Origin: Oscillospiraceae bacterium
GTDB taxonomy: Bacteria > Bacillota > Clostridia > Oscillospirales > Ruminococcaceae
DNA: 57,531 bases
Assembly (NCBI GenBank): GCA_036652515.1
Contig: JAVVVT010000001.1
Location: 1 to 57,531 of the forward strand
Reading direction: 5' to 3'
The notes below the pieces were generated by a model, which worked only from the letters and a program-made list of their open reading frames with translations, did not search any database and was not told the DNA's origin. Positions 54,771 through 57,531 of this stretch are shown in pieces. Position numbers and translations under genes: made by a program. Positions within the stretch are counted from its first letter, which is position 1. Every line of letters starts with the position of its first letter.

Positions 54771-56231
54771 CTAAGCGTTCGCTTCTAATAGAGCACGCTG
54801 ACCGTCCCAAAGCTTTTGGGATAAATCCACATAATATTGATGAGGAAATTCCAGCCTCTTCAATTCGTCCCACAGGGTGTCTAGTTGCTCTGTGGCAAAA
54901 TCTCTTATGTCTTTCAGGCAAGGACTTTCGTAGACTTTTTTGCCATTTTCAAAAATCGGAATGAGCAGCGGCTTTAAATGTACATCTGTGAGAGTCTGCT
55001 TTTTCCAAGGCTCAAGTGGGCTGAAAACCGTAATTTCCTGCAAATTCGAAGGGTCTTCATCGTAAATGGTGATATAGTCCGCCAGAGCTTTGCCCGTCTC
55101 GTTTGAGAATACTCGCCAAATCTGTTTGCGGTAGGGGATTGTTATTTTTTCAAAGCTTTCGCTTATTTTGATTTTTGGAATATATTCCCCGTCTTTTTTC
55201 ACTGCCACTAACTTGTATACCCCACCTAAAACAGGGTTTGTCCTGCTAGTGATAAGGTTTTCGCCCACGCCAAAGGAGTCCAATTTTGCATCATTTATAA
55301 GCAAATCTCGGATTATGTACTCGTCCATTGCGTTGGAGGCGACGATTTTGCAGTCTGAATAGCCGGCGGCGTCTAACATTATTCTGGTCTTTTTGGAGAG
55401 ATAAGCGATGTCTCCGCTGTCAATTCTCACCGCCAAAGGTCTCTTGCCCATAGGTTTGAGCACCTGGTCAAAAACTTTTATGGCATTGGGAACACCGCTC
55501 TTCATCACGTTGTAAGTGTCTATGAGGAGAACACAACTATCCGGATAAATTTCAGCGTAGCGCTTGAAGGCATCATACTCTGTATCAAAGGTCTGCACCC
55601 AGCTGTGAGCCATAGTGCCAGAGGCAGGTATCCCTAAATCCCTCTCCATCATTGTATTTGAGGTGGAGACACAACCACCTATATAGGCGGCACGGCTGCC
55701 AAAATTTGCGGCGTCTATCCCCTGAGCTCTGCGTGCGCCAAACTCTTGAACGGGTCTGCCCATAGCGGAGCGGACAATCCTGTTTGCCTTGGTGGCTATT
55801 AGGGTTGGGTGATTTAATAGGATAAGCAGGGCGGTCTCCAAGAGCTGCGCCTGTATCGCCGGACCCTCCACCACCATACTGGGCTCTTTGGGGAAAATCG
55901 GGGTACCCTCCGCCACCGCCCAAACATTGCAGGCAAATTTAAAGTCCCGTAAATAATCCAAAAATTCCTCACTGAAAAGGTTTTTACTCCTTAAATATTC
56001 TATATCATTAGGGGTAAATTTCAGCCCCTCCATATATTCTATCGCCTGTTCCAGCCCACAACTTATGGCAAATCCTCCATTGTCCGGCACTTTTCTAAAA
56101 AAGATATCAAAGACGCTCACCGTGTCCCGATGTTCGCTCATAAAAAATCCATTTGCCATAGTGAGCTCATAAAAATCTGTCAAAATTGAAATATTTCTTG
56201 GGTCCTTAATTTGAAATTCACTGTTTTTCAT
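54771..56231 (-). CDS. pncB: Nicotinate phosphoribosyltransferase
   Basis: ILTDFYELTMANGFF N-terminus and GTMAHSWVQ block. Start placed at ATG 56229-56231 (AGGAG 9 nt upstream). ATG 56237 is also possible. The start overlaps the end of the upstream gene. Confidence 0.9.
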   Translation of the reverse strand: MKNSEFQIKDPRNISILTDFYELTMANGFFMSEHRDTVSVFDIFFRKVPDNGGFAISCGLEQAIEYMEGLKFTPNDIEYLRSKNLFSEEFLDYLRDFKFACNVWAVAEGTPIFPKEPSMVVEGPAIQAQLLETALLILLNHPTLIATKANRIVRSAMGRPVQEFGARRAQGIDAANFGSRAAYIGGCVSTSNTMMERDLGIPASGTMAHSWVQTFDTEYDAFKRYAEIYPDSCVLLIDTYNVMKSGVPNAIKVFDQVLKPMGKRPLAVRIDSGDIAYLSKKTRIMLDAAGYSDCKIVASNAMDEYIIRDLLINDAKLDSFGVGENLITSRTNPVLGGVYKLVAVKKDGEYIPKIKISESFEKITIPYRKQIWRVFSNETGKALADYITIYDEDPSNLQEITVFSPLEPWKKQTLTDVHLKPLLIPIFENGKKVYESPCLKDIRDFATEQLDTLWDELKRLEFPHQYYVDLSQKLWDGQRALLEANA

Positions 56232-56745
56232 ACTCATATTCTCCTGTGGTACCTTCATATATTTTTTTGAAATCAAATATGTAAAAATCCTCCGGATAAA
56301 CCAAAGAATAGTCTTTGCCAAAGTCAAAATAATCATCTAACAGGTAGGCGGCAAACACGCTGCAAACATAGTGATCTTGGCTGCGATATGGCTTGCCTGT
56401 CATCATTTTCAGCATCTGGAGTATCCCGTATTTATATTTTTTGGGCTCACGGATAAAGGGTTCCAACTTTTTTTGAACGCCGCAAAATGCCTCTTCGCTC
56501 ATCTCCCCCTCCAAAACGCAAATTTTAGTCTTTGGGTGTAGGGCAAAAAATCCGCTGTGAACCCCCTCGGTGATAAATCCCGCCGGAAACATCAGCCGTG
56601 GGTTTCTTCTGCCAAAAGAGTAAAAGGTGTTCAGAGACCTTTCAAAAGAAATTGAGGTGTGATTGTAATATTTTTTTGTAAATATTCTAATAGCTCTCGC
56701 CAAAATCGTTCCCGACCTGCTCAAAACAATATAAAACTTTTTCAT
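56218..56745 (-). CDS. YiiX/YaeF-like permuted papain-fold (NlpC/P60 superfamily) protein
   Basis: 175 aa. A His-containing block YNHTSISF precedes a Cys-containing block DHYVCSVFAAYLL, consistent with the circularly permuted C92-type amidase fold. The assignment is by pattern only. Confidence 0.55.
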   Translation of the reverse strand: MKKFYIVLSRSGTILARAIRIFTKKYYNHTSISFERSLNTFYSFGRRNPRLMFPAGFITEGVHSGFFALHPKTKICVLEGEMSEEAFCGVQKKLEPFIREPKKYKYGILQMLKMMTGKPYRSQDHYVCSVFAAYLLDDYFDFGKDYSLVYPEDFYIFDFKKIYEGTTGEYEYEKQ

Positions 56746-57531
56746 CTATCGTCTTTTCCTATGCACTTTCTGAATTTTTTCATACTTCTTATATCGGTTG
56801 TAGGCGTAGGCGATATATATGATTATCAGCACTGCCGTCACTGCTACCACAACTTTGGCATAGAGAGACCTAAACGCCTCCTGTATTTTTTCCATAACGA
56901 ACATAAGGGGGCTGCGCTTGATATCGGTCTTGCTCACAAGCTGGCTTGTCCCCACCTTTTGACCAGCCAAAAAGTAGTCCACCGTGCCGATTACGTCCCC
57001 TGCTTTTATAGGCGCACCTGCAAATTCCGGCAGATTGTAGACCTTTTGAAAGCTGCTTTCGTCCACGTCATTGGGCAATACGCTCATCACCTCGTTGTCT
57101 GAATAGAGCAAGAGGGTGTCTGTGTCCTTGGCGTATTTAAGGGGTACTTCCATCACCGGAGAGGTGAGGGAGTTGGCGCTTTTAAGGGTGTAATTATCGA
57201 AAAAGTAATCCATTATCTGGGCGGTGACTTCAAAGGCGGGCGAGTTGCTTCGAGCGCTGCCGTCGGGGTTTGTATACTCCACCCCCATGACCACCAAGAT
57301 GTATTTTTCTCCGTTTTTCTCGCAGACGGTGACAAAGTTATGCCCTGCCTCGTCCAAAGAGCCCGTCTTTATCCCCTTAACATAGGAGCGGTAATAGCTG
57401 GGGAAAGCCTTGTTCTGCATCTTGACGGTGGACTGTATATAATAGGGGTTTGTGTGCTTTAAATTGGAGGGCATCTGATAGGTGTTGGTGGTGGCAATCT
57501 CCATAAATCCGGGGGTCTCATAGCAAGCCTT
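56746..57531 (-). CDS. D-alanyl-D-alanine carboxypeptidase (PBP5/DacB-DacF type), C-terminal part; N-terminus lies beyond the right edge
   Basis: The frame is open to the window edge. It has a KTGS(L) motif (VKGIKTGSLDEAGHN), a PBP5 C-terminal beta-sandwich-like region and a C-terminal TM anchor. Confidence 0.8.
   Translation of the reverse strand, partial: KACYETPGFMEIATTNTYQMPSNLKHTNPYYIQSTVKMQNKAFPSYYRSYVKGIKTGSLDEAGHNFVTVCEKNGEKYILVVMGVEYTNPDGSARSNSPAFEVTAQIMDYFFDNYTLKSANSLTSPVMEVPLKYAKDTDTLLLYSDNEVMSVLPNDVDESSFQKVYNLPEFAGAPIKAGDVIGTVDYFLAGQKVGTSQLVSKTDIKRSPLMFVMEKIQEAFRSLYAKVVVAVTAVLIIIYIAYAYNRYKKYEKIQKVHRKRR

Overview
This 57.5-kb window looks like a core chromosomal segment of an endospore-forming Firmicute, class Clostridia-like, with moderate GC. 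All product calls come from reading motifs in the supplied translations, because no database search was possible. The window is almost entirely housekeeping genes. They include leuS (partial), rsfS, an LCP protein, a fused nadD-yqeK, yhbY, rdgB, ftsY, smc, a radical SAM gene, rnc, plsX, trmFO, topA, dprA, a TrmH-family methylase and the infC-rpmI-rplT operon. They continue with spoIIR, ileS, a GT28 glycolipid synthase, addAB, a BadF/BcrA-type activase plus dehydratase-like pair, yqeY, aspS, ispE, an Lrp-aminotransferase-DUF362 operon and nadE. The right end holds asp23, yloV, recG, a metallophosphoesterase, sufC and a sufBD-like gene, pncB, a YiiX-like amidase and a partial D-Ala-D-Ala carboxypeptidase. 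Recognisable regulatory RNAs are T-box leaders in front of ileS and aspS and an L20-type attenuator leader in front of an ATT-initiated infC. I found no mobile element, CRISPR array, tRNA/rRNA gene or defence island. The unusual content is non-coding. At least nine genes are followed by tandem or near-tandem 'echo' copies of their own stop-codon-proximal sequence, with periods of about 21 to 106 bp and sometimes nested cascades. The rnc to radical SAM spacer is an array of about 12 A-tracts phased at about 21 bp. TopA carries a 12x KAKAE(P/G) tail that appears truncated by a 1-nt deletion. The aspS T-box has a duplicated Stem I platform. A GC-rich structured element sits between asp23 and yloV. 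None of these is proven to be functional.
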